From positions 32,001 through 96,000 of the forward strand of contig CAWEJX010000001.1 in assembly GCA_963809485.1 (NCBI GenBank): a stretch of DNA of 64,000 nt. The letters run 5' to 3'. The stretch is from an uncultured Acidobacteriota bacterium (GTDB lineage: Bacteria; Acidobacteriota; UBA6911). This document shows, piece after piece, positions 11,716-21,352 of this stretch (positions are counted from its first letter, which is position 1; the number at the start of each line of letters is the position of its first letter). Under the pieces are notes generated by a model. The model ran no database searches, was not told the origin of the DNA, and saw nothing but the letters and a program-made list of their open reading frames with translations. Position numbers and translations under genes: made by a program.

Positions 11716-12921
11716 TTAAGGCTCCTGCAAATAGGCATGAATCGCCGCAGCATGAACTTCCTTAAGAGCCACTCCCTTTTCAACCGCCAGGCGGCGGCAG
11801 TCCTCGAATTCCGGCACAAAATTGACCGGCAGCCCGTTGAACATGGATATCTTCATGGTGACTTCTCCGTAGCCGGTTTGAACCTTACGAAACTTGCGCT
11901 GCAGCGTCTTGCGGCGGGCTACGGTGTATCTTATCCCTATGGTTGTGGTCTCGCGGAAGAACACTTCCGCCAGCCGGTCAATGTCCCGGGTGGCGCACAC
12001 GCATGTCACTTTCTGCGCCGGACGGTTTTTCTTCATCTGAATCGGCGTCGAATAGACATCCAGCGCACCGGCCCCAAGGGCCAGTTCCTGGAAATATCCA
12101 TAAATCTGGGGGCTCATGTCGTCGATAGTGGCCTCCATCACAGCCACTTCGTCTTCGGGAGATGCATCAAGTTCTGCCTGGACTTCACCGAGGCTTACCC
12201 TCAAGACATTGGCATTGCCGGGAATCTGCCGTGTACCGGCGCCATATCCCGATGCCAGAATTTTCATCGCCGGCCGCGTCCTGAATTTCGCGACGAGTGT
12301 CGCCAGCAGAACCGCGCCGGTGGGCGTCGTCAGTTCCCCTGTCACTGAATTCGCAAAAATTGGGACATCCTTAAGCAATTCCTGCGCGGCCGGTCCCGGA
12401 ACCGGATAGATCCCATGCTGGCACTCCAGGGTTCCCTGTCCGACATTCACCGGAGACGAAACGACATGAACAGGCAGCAAATCCTCCATGGCGATCATGG
12501 TTCCGACAATATCAATTATGGAATCCACGGCGCCCACTTCGTGGAAATGCACCTTTTCCGCCGGCTGTCCGTGAACCTTCCCTTCCGCTTCGGCCAGCCT
12601 GCGGAACGCCTCCACCGACCTTTCCTTCACCCACGCGGACAGTCCGCTGGATTCGATCATCTGCCTGATATCTGCCAGGCTCCGGTGGCTATGCGAGTGG
12701 CCTGCCTGCACATCAAACTTGGTTGCCTGGATCCCCGAACGGCTGCATTTTTGAGAGGAAATCTGATAGCCCTTAAGCGGAAGAAGATTCAGCTTGTTTC
12801 GCAGCTCCTCGAAATCGCAACCGAGATCGAGGAGAGCCCCGATCATCATATCTCCGCTGATGCCCGAGAATGGTTCAAGGAACAGTATTTTCTCCTCACT
12901 GGTCTTTGATTTGGCTCGCAC
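11716..12921 (-). CDS. larC: Nickel pincer cofactor biosynthesis protein LarC (Ni insertase)
   Basis: SGISGDMMIGAL, HFHEVGAVDSIIDI, ELTTPTGA, MKKNRP, ETTTIGIR, PEFEDC; GTG start at 12921 with GAGGAG RBS. Confidence 0.93.
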   Translation of the reverse strand: MRAKSKTSEEKILFLEPFSGISGDMMIGALLDLGCDFEELRNKLNLLPLKGYQISSQKCSRSGIQATKFDVQAGHSHSHRSLADIRQMIESSGLSAWVKERSVEAFRRLAEAEGKVHGQPAEKVHFHEVGAVDSIIDIVGTMIAMEDLLPVHVVSSPVNVGQGTLECQHGIYPVPGPAAQELLKDVPIFANSVTGELTTPTGAVLLATLVAKFRTRPAMKILASGYGAGTRQIPGNANVLRVSLGEVQAELDASPEDEVAVMEATIDDMSPQIYGYFQELALGAGALDVYSTPIQMKKNRPAQKVTCVCATRDIDRLAEVFFRETTTIGIRYTVARRKTLQRKFRKVQTGYGEVTMKISMFNGLPVNFVPEFEDCRRLAVEKGVALKEVHAAAIHAYLQEP

Positions 12922-12983
12922 GTTGGCTCCTCTCGCTTGCAGACTGAGTCTATGGGTCACGTGCCGTGAAGTCAAGGCGGTGG

Positions 12984-13362
12984 TTAGGGATTAGGGATTA
13001 GGGATTAAGGATTAAGGGAGCTGAGTGTCGAATATCGAACAGACCCGATTATGTAATTCATAATTCTTGATTCCACATACGGCGGTTCAAAAAGCCATAA
13101 CAAAATTTATTGCACATGAAACCAGTTTTGTCTTTTATCGGTTGCCGGTCCTTTTGAGGAGCCAGCAACCCCCGCCTAATCCCTAATCCCTTATAACTAA
13201 TGGCTATTAACTAATCCCCCGCCAAGGCTGGTTGATTAGTGTCTGAGATTTTTTCCCAGGGCTGCTATTTCATGATCAAGATTCACAGCGTGGCCCCAAG
13301 CTGAATCCAAATCCCTAATCCCTAATCCCTAATAACTAATCCCTCGTTAAGGCTGGTTGATT
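12984..13362. repeat. Heptamer region: (TTAGGGA)-type x5 followed by two inverted (CCCTAAT)-type tracts, each ending in a ~29-bp direct repeat
   Basis: 12984-13018 ttaggga x3, ttaagga, ttaaggg; 13174-13215 and 13313-13340 ccctaat/aactaat units; AACTAATCCC..G..AAGGCTGGTTGATT at 13209-13237 and 13334-13362. Confidence 0.9.
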
Positions 13363-13415
13363 TGAGCGGATCGTTAGGGTATGTTTTGATCGAACCGTGG
13401 AAAGCTTTGGAAATT

Positions 13416-15386
13416 ATGATACTTGCACTCACACGAAATCTCGAGAAAGCACTCCTTCAAAGGATCGCGGAACGGTACGGCGTCCGCTATGATTCCCTGA
13501 ATTATACAATCCCGCCCAAAATCGAGCTGGGCGAATTGGCGCTGCCGATAGCTTTCGACCTGGCACGCAAGGTTCGCCGTCCCCCGATGGAAATCGCCAG
13601 AGAGCTGGCAGCCGACGCGGCCGGAATCCCCGGTATTTGGAAAGCAGATGTGGCAGGCGGGGGCTATTTAAATTTCCACCTGGATCGGGCAGCGTTTGCA
13701 CTGGAGTTGGCCCGCAGCGTCGCCCGGCAGCGTTTCGGCAGGTCCTCGGGGCCCGAAGAGGCAGGCAAAATCATCGTAGAACATACCAATATTAATCCCA
13801 ACAAAGCGGCACATATCGGGCACTTGCGAAACGCCACCCTGGGTGATTCCTTTGTGCGCTGTCTCCGCTTCCTGGGCTACGAAGTCGAGGTGCAGAACTA
13901 TCTGGACAACACGGGAGTCCAGGTCGCGGATGTCGTCGTCGGGCTCGAGCGCATGGAGGGGAAAATGCTCGCCGACGTGGCGGCGATCGGCGGAAAATTC
14001 GACTACTATTGCTGGGATGTCTATGCCCGGACAACCGATTTCTACCAGCAGGCAGACGAAAACAAAAAGTGGCGCAGCCTGACGCTTCAGGCGATTGAGG
14101 CGGGAGGCAACGCAACCGCCGACCTGGCGCAGCACGTGGCCATGCGTATCGTAAAAGCGCATCTGGCCACCATGGCGCGCATCAATGTGCAGTACGACCT
14201 TCTGCCGCGTGAAAGCGAGATCCTCCACCTGCACTTTTGGGAAACTGCCTACCAGCTGTTACGGGATCGCCGGGCTATATACTTTGTGGACGAGGGAAAG
14301 AACCGGGGCTGCTGGGTTATGAAAACCGGAGATCCGTCGGAAGCCGAAATCTCGCGAGAAGAAGCGGAAGAAGACGAGAAAATTATCGTCCGTTCGGACG
14401 GCACGGTCACTTATGTCGGAAAGGATATCGCCTATCAGCTCTGGAAATTCGGCCTGCTGGGTCTCGATTTCCAATACCGGCTGTTCGATACCAGCGATGG
14501 CCACCGCCTCTGGATCACTTCGACCGAAGCGGATCCCGAGGCGAAACCGCCTGCATTCGGATCTGCCCATCGAGTTTATAACGTGATCGACAGCCGGCAG
14601 GCATATTTGCAGAATATCGTGGTGCAGGGCCTCCAGGCGCTTGGGTTTGAGGAGCAAGCCGGCAATTCGATTCATTTTTCCTATGAGATGGTCGCGTTGA
14701 CGCCGGCCTGCTGTGATGATCTGGGCTTTCCTCTTTCGGAAAACGACAGAAAGCGCCCTTACGTGGAGGTGTCCGGGCGCAAAGGGCTCGGCGTCAAGGC
14801 CGACGACCTCCTGGATGCGCTGGAACGGAAAGCGCTGGCGGAAGTCCACGCTCGGCACTCGCTGCCGGAAGAGGAGTCGGAGAGGATCGCCCGCATCATC
14901 GCGGTGGGAGCTTTGCGATATTTTCTGCTGCGTTTTGCCAGGAACACGGTCATAGCTTTCGACCTGAAGGAAGCCCTCAATTTCGATGGAGAAACAGGCC
15001 CTTACGTCCAGTATGCGGCGGTCCGTGCCAATAACATATTCCGCAAATTGACCGAGTCCGGCGAAAACGCCCCGGGCCTCGAGGGGGTGTTCCCGGATCT
15101 TGGAGAATTTCTTGCCGCCGACAACGAAATATGGGAAATGGTCTACCAGGCGGCGAGATTGCCCGAAGTGGTGCGCCAGATCGCCCAGTCCCTGGAACTG
15201 GGGCAGCTCTGCAAATACGCCTTTTCATTGGCGCAGAGATTCAACCTCTTTTACCATAGACACCACATACTGTCCGAGACAGATGCGCGGCGCAAACAGC
15301 ACCTGCTGCTGGTGGCGGACCTGGTGCGCAGGCAGTTGACGGAGGCGCTGCACCTGCTTGGGTGCGAGGTTCCGCCCAAAATGTGA
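13416..15386 (+). CDS. argS: Arginine--tRNA ligase (archaeal-like type)
   Basis: EHTNINPNKAAHIGHLRNA (HIGH), VSGRKG, GETGPYVQYA, DALR-like C-terminus ending PPKM; start taken at MILALT. Confidence 0.95.
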   Translation: MILALTRNLEKALLQRIAERYGVRYDSLNYTIPPKIELGELALPIAFDLARKVRRPPMEIARELAADAAGIPGIWKADVAGGGYLNFHLDRAAFALELARSVARQRFGRSSGPEEAGKIIVEHTNINPNKAAHIGHLRNATLGDSFVRCLRFLGYEVEVQNYLDNTGVQVADVVVGLERMEGKMLADVAAIGGKFDYYCWDVYARTTDFYQQADENKKWRSLTLQAIEAGGNATADLAQHVAMRIVKAHLATMARINVQYDLLPRESEILHLHFWETAYQLLRDRRAIYFVDEGKNRGCWVMKTGDPSEAEISREEAEEDEKIIVRSDGTVTYVGKDIAYQLWKFGLLGLDFQYRLFDTSDGHRLWITSTEADPEAKPPAFGSAHRVYNVIDSRQAYLQNIVVQGLQALGFEEQAGNSIHFSYEMVALTPACCDDLGFPLSENDRKRPYVEVSGRKGLGVKADDLLDALERKALAEVHARHSLPEEESERIARIIAVGALRYFLLRFARNTVIAFDLKEALNFDGETGPYVQYAAVRANNIFRKLTESGENAPGLEGVFPDLGEFLAADNEIWEMVYQAARLPEVVRQIAQSLELGQLCKYAFSLAQRFNLFYHRHHILSETDARRKQHLLLVADLVRRQLTEALHLLGCEVPPKM

Positions 15387-15391
15387 TCGCC

Positions 15392-15853
15392 ATGTTGACC
15401 CTGAGATGGATCGGCTTCATTGTCAGCCTGCTGCTTCAAACCGCCACGGTGCCTTCTTTCCCTGAAGGCGTCCTGAGCCCTTCCGAAAGCCTCAGTGTCA
15501 AAGGGGAAAAAAACATAGAACGTCGCGTTAGGATCTATGAAAACGCATCTGCAAGATATCAAGGCCTTATCGAGGGGGCGATTTCCACCGAGGAATTCCA
15601 GGCCATTCCCGGGAACCTGATGCTTTGGATAGCCCTGCTCGATGAATCTCTCAAGGATATCGAGGCCAATCTCAAATCCAAAAAAAAGTCCCGCGCTCTC
15701 ATCCGTTACGAAATTCAGGTGCGCAAAACCATAACGACGTTGCAGGACAACAGATTCCGTGCTCCGGAAGATCAGCAGGAGGTATTTGATTCCTGTCTTG
15801 CCCGGGCGGGAGAAGTTCGTAAAAGATTCGTGGAAATACTTTTTAAAAACTGA
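15392..15853 (+). CDS. Hypothetical exported alpha-helical protein
   Basis: Hydrophobic N-terminus and charged helical body; directly follows the argS stop. Confidence 0.7.
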   Translation: MLTLRWIGFIVSLLLQTATVPSFPEGVLSPSESLSVKGEKNIERRVRIYENASARYQGLIEGAISTEEFQAIPGNLMLWIALLDESLKDIEANLKSKKKSRALIRYEIQVRKTITTLQDNRFRAPEDQQEVFDSCLARAGEVRKRFVEILFKN

Positions 15854-15881
15854 ACGATTGCCCGTTCATCGGGGGCTTCTC

Positions 15882-16424
15882 GTGCAACGCACATATCTGA
15901 TGATTTCCTTGCTTCTGCTTCTAATAATTGCATCTCCCCTGGCCGGCAAGGAGTTCCTGACGGATAAAGAAATCGAGCTGATTCAGGATGCCCAGGAGAT
16001 CGGCCCGAGAACTGTCCTATACATGGACGCAGCCAAAGCGCGCCTCAAGGCGGCCGAAGAAAGGCTTTATGGCAGGGAATCTCTTCCCGGGGATCCGTTC
16101 GAGTTTTTCACGCCGGAAGATATGCTGGAGGGCTACTACCGCATTCTTCAGAGCGTGATGTACAATCTCGATGAGGCGTTCCAGACGCCGGGCTCCAGCC
16201 GGGAGCAGGTTCGAAAGGCGCTGAATGCTTTGAAGAAGACCACGGAGTATGCCGTCAAGGAACTCGAAATTCTCAAGAGACTGGCCGAGGAAAAGCAAAA
16301 GGAGGAGCTCTGGAACCGGATCAATCAAGCAATCGAAATTACCCAGGGGGCATTGGACGGGGCCGAGTCCGGCCTCACCCGGCTGCCGCCGCCGGCTCCA
16401 GACAAGAAATCCCGCAACCGCTAG
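15882..16424 (+). CDS. Hypothetical exported alpha-helical protein (possible paralogue of the upstream gene)
   Basis: Signal-like ISLLLLLIIASPLAG then EFLTDKEIELIQDAQE..RTVLY..AAKARL, compare LSPSES..ERRVRIYENASARY in the upstream ORF; start GTG 15882 or ATG 15900. Confidence 0.75.
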   Translation: MQRTYLMISLLLLLIIASPLAGKEFLTDKEIELIQDAQEIGPRTVLYMDAAKARLKAAEERLYGRESLPGDPFEFFTPEDMLEGYYRILQSVMYNLDEAFQTPGSSREQVRKALNALKKTTEYAVKELEILKRLAEEKQKEELWNRINQAIEITQGALDGAESGLTRLPPPAPDKKSRNR

Positions 16425-16442
16425 CCTGCAAGGCCGCTCCTG

Positions 16443-17090
16443 TCAGACATTGCGCCAGAAATCCGGTTCCACGCAGATCATTTTTTGTTTCCAGGTCAGA
16501 TGCTTGCGCCGCTTCAAATCCTGGAGCAGGCGGGACAGGGTTTCGGGGGTGGCGCTGATTGCCGCCGCCAGCTGCTTTTTGTTGATCTCCACATGGATGC
16601 GCTCCCGCTCACCGTACTGCTCAAGGAGGAAAGCCCGCAGGCGCTGTTCCACATCCTGGCTCGTCAACTGCTGGATCTTGTCAGCCAGGTATCTCTGTTT
16701 GCGCAGCAGCATAGCAATGAAATCGTTGCGAAAATCCTCCTGCCGGAGAAGACCGAGCAGGTCGCGGCGCATCAGTTTAAAAACCAGGACATCCGTAAGC
16801 GCAACTGCGGTTACGGGATATAATTTCTTTTCAAACAGAATGACCTCCGCAAAAACCTCGCCCGGCTTGATGATCTTGATCACGGTCTCGCGGCCATCGG
16901 GCGAGAGCTTGTGCAGCGATATGCGCCCCCGCGCCAGGAGATACATCGCCTCCCCGGGCTCCCCTTCGCGAAAAAGCACCGTCTGTTTTTTGCGCTGGCT
17001 CGGAAGGCAGAGACTGGAGAGCGCCTTTTGACTCGATCGCGTAATTCCCTCAAAAAAACCCGCCTGATCCACAATCCGCAGTACATCCAT
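16443..17090 (-). CDS. Crp/Fnr family regulator (HcpR-like)
   Basis: cNMP-binding fold (LFREGEPGEAMY..GEVFAE) and C-terminal HTH (LAAAISATPETLSRLL); divergent from hcp. Confidence 0.9.
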   Translation of the reverse strand: MDVLRIVDQAGFFEGITRSSQKALSSLCLPSQRKKQTVLFREGEPGEAMYLLARGRISLHKLSPDGRETVIKIIKPGEVFAEVILFEKKLYPVTAVALTDVLVFKLMRRDLLGLLRQEDFRNDFIAMLLRKQRYLADKIQQLTSQDVEQRLRAFLLEQYGERERIHVEINKKQLAAAISATPETLSRLLQDLKRRKHLTWKQKMICVEPDFWRNV

Positions 17091-17146
17091 TTTTCAACCC
17101 TTGAATTTCGGTGCGTTGCTGATAGATTTAAAAAATAGCGGTTTTC

Positions 17147-17160
17147 TTGACCCATATCAA
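17147..17160. promoter_or_regulatory. FNR/DNR-type palindromic operator TTGAC-CCAT-ATCAA upstream of hcp
   Basis: One mismatch to TTGAT-N4-ATCAA; a TAAGAT -10-like hexamer at 17182-17187 places the box near -41.5. Confidence 0.8.
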
Positions 17161-17232
17161 TTTTATAGCGAAAAACACCGCTAAGATATCTGCTGTTGGA
17201 CTTAAAACAAAATCTCACAGGGGGAGCAAATA

Positions 17233-18888
17233 ATGAGCATGTTCTGTTACCAATGCGAACAAACTGCCGCCGGCCGCGGCTGCGAAAAGGTGGGCGTTTG
17301 CGGAAAAGAACCTACTGTGGCAGGTCTGCTGGACCTGCTGCTTTATGCAGCTAAGGGCATCAGCCAATATGCGCACCGGGCGCGCCAACTGGGAGCCAAG
17401 AACCATGAGGCGGATGTTTTTATCCTGGAAGCCCTGTTCACAACCGTGACCAACGTGAATTTCGATCCCGCCCGGATTGAGGAATTGATCCGGAAAGCGG
17501 CGGGGATTAAAAAAGACGTACAGGCCGCCTACGAGGAAGCCTGCCGCCGCGCAGGGAAGCAGGCGGAAAAACCCGAAGGGCCGGCCCAATGGACGCCCGC
17601 GGCATCGCGCGAAGGGCTGCTGGAACAGGCATCCCATATCGGCGTCCGTCAGGCCAGGGCTTCCTTTGGAGACGATCTCGCCGGTCTCTCGGAACTGCTG
17701 ACTTACGGCATGAAGGGTTTTGCCGCGTACGCGGATCATGCCCTTGTGCTTGGCAAAGAGGATGACAAAGTTTATGCATTCACCCATGAAGCGCTGGATT
17801 ACCTGACTCAACCGAATCCTGCTGTGGACAAGCTTCTCGAGCTGAACCTCAAATGCGGCGAAATCAACCTGGCGGTCATGGAGATGCTCGATGCCGCCAA
17901 CACGGGGGCCTACGGCAATCCGGTGCCGACCAAGGTGCGCGTCACTCCGGTGAAAGGCAAGGCGATACTTGTATCGGGCCACGACCTTAAAGATCTCGAA
18001 GAGATTCTCAAGCAAACTCAGGGACAGGGCATCAATGTTTACACCCACGGAGAAATGCTGCCCGCGCACGGCTACCCTGGCCTCAAGAAATATTCCCACC
18101 TGGCGGGAAACTACGGCGGAGCATGGCAGGATCAGGCGAAGGAATTCAACGCATTCCCGGGCGCCATCCTCATGACCACAAACTGCATTCAGATGCCGCG
18201 GGAGGGATACAAAACCAGGATATTCACTTCCGGGCTGGTCGCCTGGCCGGGAGTTCAACACATCGGCGACCGCAACTTCAAGCCGGTGATTGATGCGGCG
18301 CTGGCCGCGCCGGGCTTCGAAGAGGATGCTCCTGAACAGTCGATCCTGGTTGGATTCGGCCACAACACCATTTTGAGTGTGGCGGACAAGGTCATCGATG
18401 CAGTCAAAGCCGGGAAATTGCGGCGCTTCTTCCTGATCGGCGGCTGCGATGGTGCAAAGTCCGGCCGCAATTACTACACCGATTTTGCCAAGGCTGTCCC
18501 GCAGGACTGTGTCATTCTCACTCTGGCCTGCGGCAAGTATCGCTTTAACAAATTGGATTTCGGCGACATCGGCGGCATCCCCCGTCTGCTGGACTGCGGA
18601 CAGTGCAACGATGCCTATTCCGCCATCAAGGTCGCGGGCGCACTGGCGCAGGCGTTTGGCTGCGGCGTCAACGACCTGCCCCTGTCGCTGATCCTCTCCT
18701 GGTACGAGCAGAAGGCATGCGCCATCCTGCTGACGCTGCTCTACCTGGGCATAAAGAACATCCGCCTCGGTCCCAGCCTGCCGGCGTTTGTCACTCCCAA
18801 CGTGCTGAATGTTCTGGTGGAAAAATTCAACATCAAACCGATCACCACGGTTGAAGCGGATCTGAAAGCGGCGATGTCTGCGGCGTAA
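17233..18888 (+). CDS. hcp: Hybrid cluster protein (hydroxylamine/NO reductase)
   Basis: MFCYQCEQT..GC....VCGK, SGHDL, THGEMLPAHGYP, GGCDG, GQCNDAYS, SWYEQKA. Confidence 0.98.
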   Translation: MSMFCYQCEQTAAGRGCEKVGVCGKEPTVAGLLDLLLYAAKGISQYAHRARQLGAKNHEADVFILEALFTTVTNVNFDPARIEELIRKAAGIKKDVQAAYEEACRRAGKQAEKPEGPAQWTPAASREGLLEQASHIGVRQARASFGDDLAGLSELLTYGMKGFAAYADHALVLGKEDDKVYAFTHEALDYLTQPNPAVDKLLELNLKCGEINLAVMEMLDAANTGAYGNPVPTKVRVTPVKGKAILVSGHDLKDLEEILKQTQGQGINVYTHGEMLPAHGYPGLKKYSHLAGNYGGAWQDQAKEFNAFPGAILMTTNCIQMPREGYKTRIFTSGLVAWPGVQHIGDRNFKPVIDAALAAPGFEEDAPEQSILVGFGHNTILSVADKVIDAVKAGKLRRFFLIGGCDGAKSGRNYYTDFAKAVPQDCVILTLACGKYRFNKLDFGDIGGIPRLLDCGQCNDAYSAIKVAGALAQAFGCGVNDLPLSLILSWYEQKACAILLTLLYLGIKNIRLGPSLPAFVTPNVLNVLVEKFNIKPITTVEADLKAAMSAA

Positions 18889-18904
18889 TCAGGGACAATA
18901 AATT

Positions 18905-18933
18905 CGGGAGCTCTGAGAAATTCAGGGCTCCCG
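18905..18933. terminator. Hairpin between convergent hcp and cytochrome c genes
   Basis: CGGGAGCTCTGA-gaaat-TCAGGGCTCCCG stem. Confidence 0.6.
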
Positions 18934-18965
18934 GTCCCCGCGGGACCCTTCCTTTACCAGCGTGC

Positions 18966-19286
18966 CTACTTCAGGCCCGTAAGAAACGCAATAAGGTCGC
19001 TCAGATCTTTTTCAGGCAGATTCGGATACGGTTTCATGGTTGAGTCCGCCTTCATTTCCTTCGGTGTTTTGATCCATCTTTTCATTACTTCAGGCTTTAG
19101 CTTCGAGCCCACCTGGTCCAGGGCCAGTTTGGGGCCGCCTACGCCCGCGATGGAGTGGCATAATGCGCACTTTTGTGCGGCGTAAACCTCCCGGCCCCTC
19201 TCTGCCGCAGAATCGGCAAAAAAGGCTGTACCGCCGTAAACAATCGCCAGCACGCCGGCAATAAGTCCCACTGCTGCTGCCTTCAT
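18966..19286 (-). CDS. Monoheme cytochrome c
   Basis: Signal peptide, CALCH heme motif, distal Met in MKPY. Confidence 0.9.
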   Translation of the reverse strand: MKAAAVGLIAGVLAIVYGGTAFFADSAAERGREVYAAQKCALCHSIAGVGGPKLALDQVGSKLKPEVMKRWIKTPKEMKADSTMKPYPNLPEKDLSDLIAFLTGLK

Positions 19287-19309
19287 AGGTCACCTCACCC
19301 CATAACGGA

Positions 19310-20032
19310 CTATTCAATCTCGCCGTAACCGGAATGATAGCGGGGCGGATTGAAGAAGTGAACTGTCCTTTTTTTAAACACTCCCACGAGCAGCACTCCG
19401 GCAAGAAAGCCGCCTACATGCGCCCAGAAGGCAATGCCGCCGGCATCCCTCCCGCTCGCCATGCTGCCGTTCAGGACCTGAAGAAGAAACCAGAAGCCGA
19501 GGATGAACCCTGCCGGGATATACATAAGCCGCATGAAGAATCCCAGGAAGATCAGAGTCCACACACGCGCCCGAGGGTAGATCATGACATAGGCGCCCAG
19601 CACTCCGGCAATAGCGCCGCTGGCACCGATGGTCGGAACCGTCGATCCCGCACTGGATAGGATATGGGCGATGGACGCCAGGATACCGCATGCCAGATAA
19701 AAGATAAGGAAGCGCACCCTGCCCATGGCTTCCTCGATGTTGTTGCCGAATATCCATAAAAACCACATGTTTCCGATCAGGTGCATCCAACCGCCATGAA
19801 GAAACATGCTGGTAAAGAGGCTTCCCGCAGGCGGGATGACGGCGACATTTCCCGGCAGGCTCTGCGCGCCAACGACCACGGCGGGAATGGCACCGTACCT
19901 GTATGCGAACAGCTGCGACGCGCCCGGCGCCAGCGAAACCTGATAGAGGAAAACCAGCACGTTGACCGCGATCAGCGTCCAGGTAAAGAACGGCGTGATG
20001 GTTGTGGGATTATCGTCTCTTAAAGGAAACAT
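19310..20032 (-). CDS. Rhomboid family intramembrane serine protease
   Basis: SMFLHGGWMHLIGNM, GASGAIAG catalytic Ser, AFWAHVGG catalytic His. Confidence 0.95.
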   Translation of the reverse strand: MFPLRDDNPTTITPFFTWTLIAVNVLVFLYQVSLAPGASQLFAYRYGAIPAVVVGAQSLPGNVAVIPPAGSLFTSMFLHGGWMHLIGNMWFLWIFGNNIEEAMGRVRFLIFYLACGILASIAHILSSAGSTVPTIGASGAIAGVLGAYVMIYPRARVWTLIFLGFFMRLMYIPAGFILGFWFLLQVLNGSMASGRDAGGIAFWAHVGGFLAGVLLVGVFKKRTVHFFNPPRYHSGYGEIE

Positions 20033-20038
20033 AGCGAA

Positions 20039-20066
20039 TTGACGATTGACGATTGACGATTGACGG
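20039..20066. repeat. Heptamer tandem repeat (TTGACGA)x3 + TTGACGG immediately upstream of the rhomboid start
   Basis: Read directly. Confidence 0.9.
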
Positions 20067-20188
20067 TTGGAAACAAATGTTCATTATATTCGGCATCTGA
20101 TGCAAATGTCTTCATGTTGTCCTAGGCGCATCATACTGCACTTGGCCCGTTAAGATAACCCGGCAAAGCCGGCGGGCTGCCGATGTAT

Positions 20189-21352
20189 TCAGCTTCCCGT
20201 AATCAGGCGGTTGCGTAAACGGCTTTCACGGGCCAGATCGATGGCGGTCCAGGCCATCGCCAGAGCGCCGTCCGCTACTGCCCTGTCGGCAGATTCCGTC
20301 ACGCAGCATTCGGTAAATTCCTTTTGATGATTCACGGCCGGCAGCGAGGCAATGCCGATCATTGGATGAATGGTGGGCACGCAGAGCGAGACATTTCCCA
20401 TGTCCGTGGATGCAACGACTTTGTGTTTCTCCTCTTCCGCGCCCGCGAAGGAGCGGCCCAGCAGCTCGGAATTGCGCTTGTAGAGCGCCGCGATATCCGG
20501 ATCGTGAACCAGTTCGGAGTAAGGCCTGTCGCCGCCTATGATTTCCAGTTTGGCTCCCGTAGCCATTGCCCCCGCCTCGAAACAGCGATAGACCCTGGGC
20601 CTGAGGTTTTCCAGGTCTGCCAGCGTCTGGCCGCGCACAATGTACCGGGCTGACGTGTGCGCAGGGATGACATTGGGGGCATCTCCGCCGTGCAGAATAA
20701 TCCCATGAATCCGGTCGGTCGCCCGGATGTGCTGTCGCAACAGCCCGATGGCCGTCTGGGCAACCGTCAGCGCATCGGCCGCGTTGATCCCCATCTCAGG
20801 AAAGGCTGAGGCATGGGCTTCCTTGCCGGTGTAGCGGATATCGAAGGTGGAAGCAGCTATGATCTGGGGGGTGAGGACATCGAAGGGTGAAGGGTGCACC
20901 ATCATGGCGGCGTGAATCCCCTCGAAAGCGCCGCGCTCAAGCAGCAAAATCTTCCCTCCCGCGTCTCCGCCCTCCTCGCCGGGCGTGCCGATCACCGTAA
21001 CGGTCAGACCGGCCTCATCAGCCACGCCGGACAAGGCGAGCCCGGCGCCGACAGCAGCGGCCGCGATGATATTGTGACCGCAGGCATGGCCGATCTCCGG
21101 CAGAGCATCGTATTCGGCGCACAGGGCGACATGGAGCGCTCCTTTGCCGATTCTGGCCGAAAAAGCCGTCGGCAGGCCGCACAGATTCGCTTTGATTTCG
21201 AATCCCGCATCGGCCAGCATGTCCGTAATCCAGGACGAAGCCTTTCTTTCCTCGAAGCCTGCTTCCGGATTCGCGTGAATCTTGTGGCTCAGATCCACGA
21301 GATTTGCCCGAACGGAGTTCAATTTTTTCTGTGCTTCGGCCCTGGCGTCCAT
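20189..21352 (-). CDS. M20 family amidohydrolase (ACY1L2/AbgB-like)
   Basis: CAEYDALP.IGHACGHN, GTPGEEGG, STDMGNVS, NHQ.EF. Confidence 0.92.
   Translation of the reverse strand: MDARAEAQKKLNSVRANLVDLSHKIHANPEAGFEERKASSWITDMLADAGFEIKANLCGLPTAFSARIGKGALHVALCAEYDALPEIGHACGHNIIAAAAVGAGLALSGVADEAGLTVTVIGTPGEEGGDAGGKILLLERGAFEGIHAAMMVHPSPFDVLTPQIIAASTFDIRYTGKEAHASAFPEMGINAADALTVAQTAIGLLRQHIRATDRIHGIILHGGDAPNVIPAHTSARYIVRGQTLADLENLRPRVYRCFEAGAMATGAKLEIIGGDRPYSELVHDPDIAALYKRNSELLGRSFAGAEEEKHKVVASTDMGNVSLCVPTIHPMIGIASLPAVNHQKEFTECCVTESADRAVADGALAMAWTAIDLARESRLRNRLITGS

Noticed and set aside
12984-13018. TTAGGG as telomeric or eukaryotic contamination
   Set aside because: The unit is 7 nt, only five copies, sits between normal bacterial genes and fits the window-wide heptamer pattern.
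13209-13362. Possible CRISPR mini-array from the ~29-bp direct repeat
   Set aside because: Only two imperfect copies about 96 nt apart, no cas genes, and the repeat is partly heptamer-derived.
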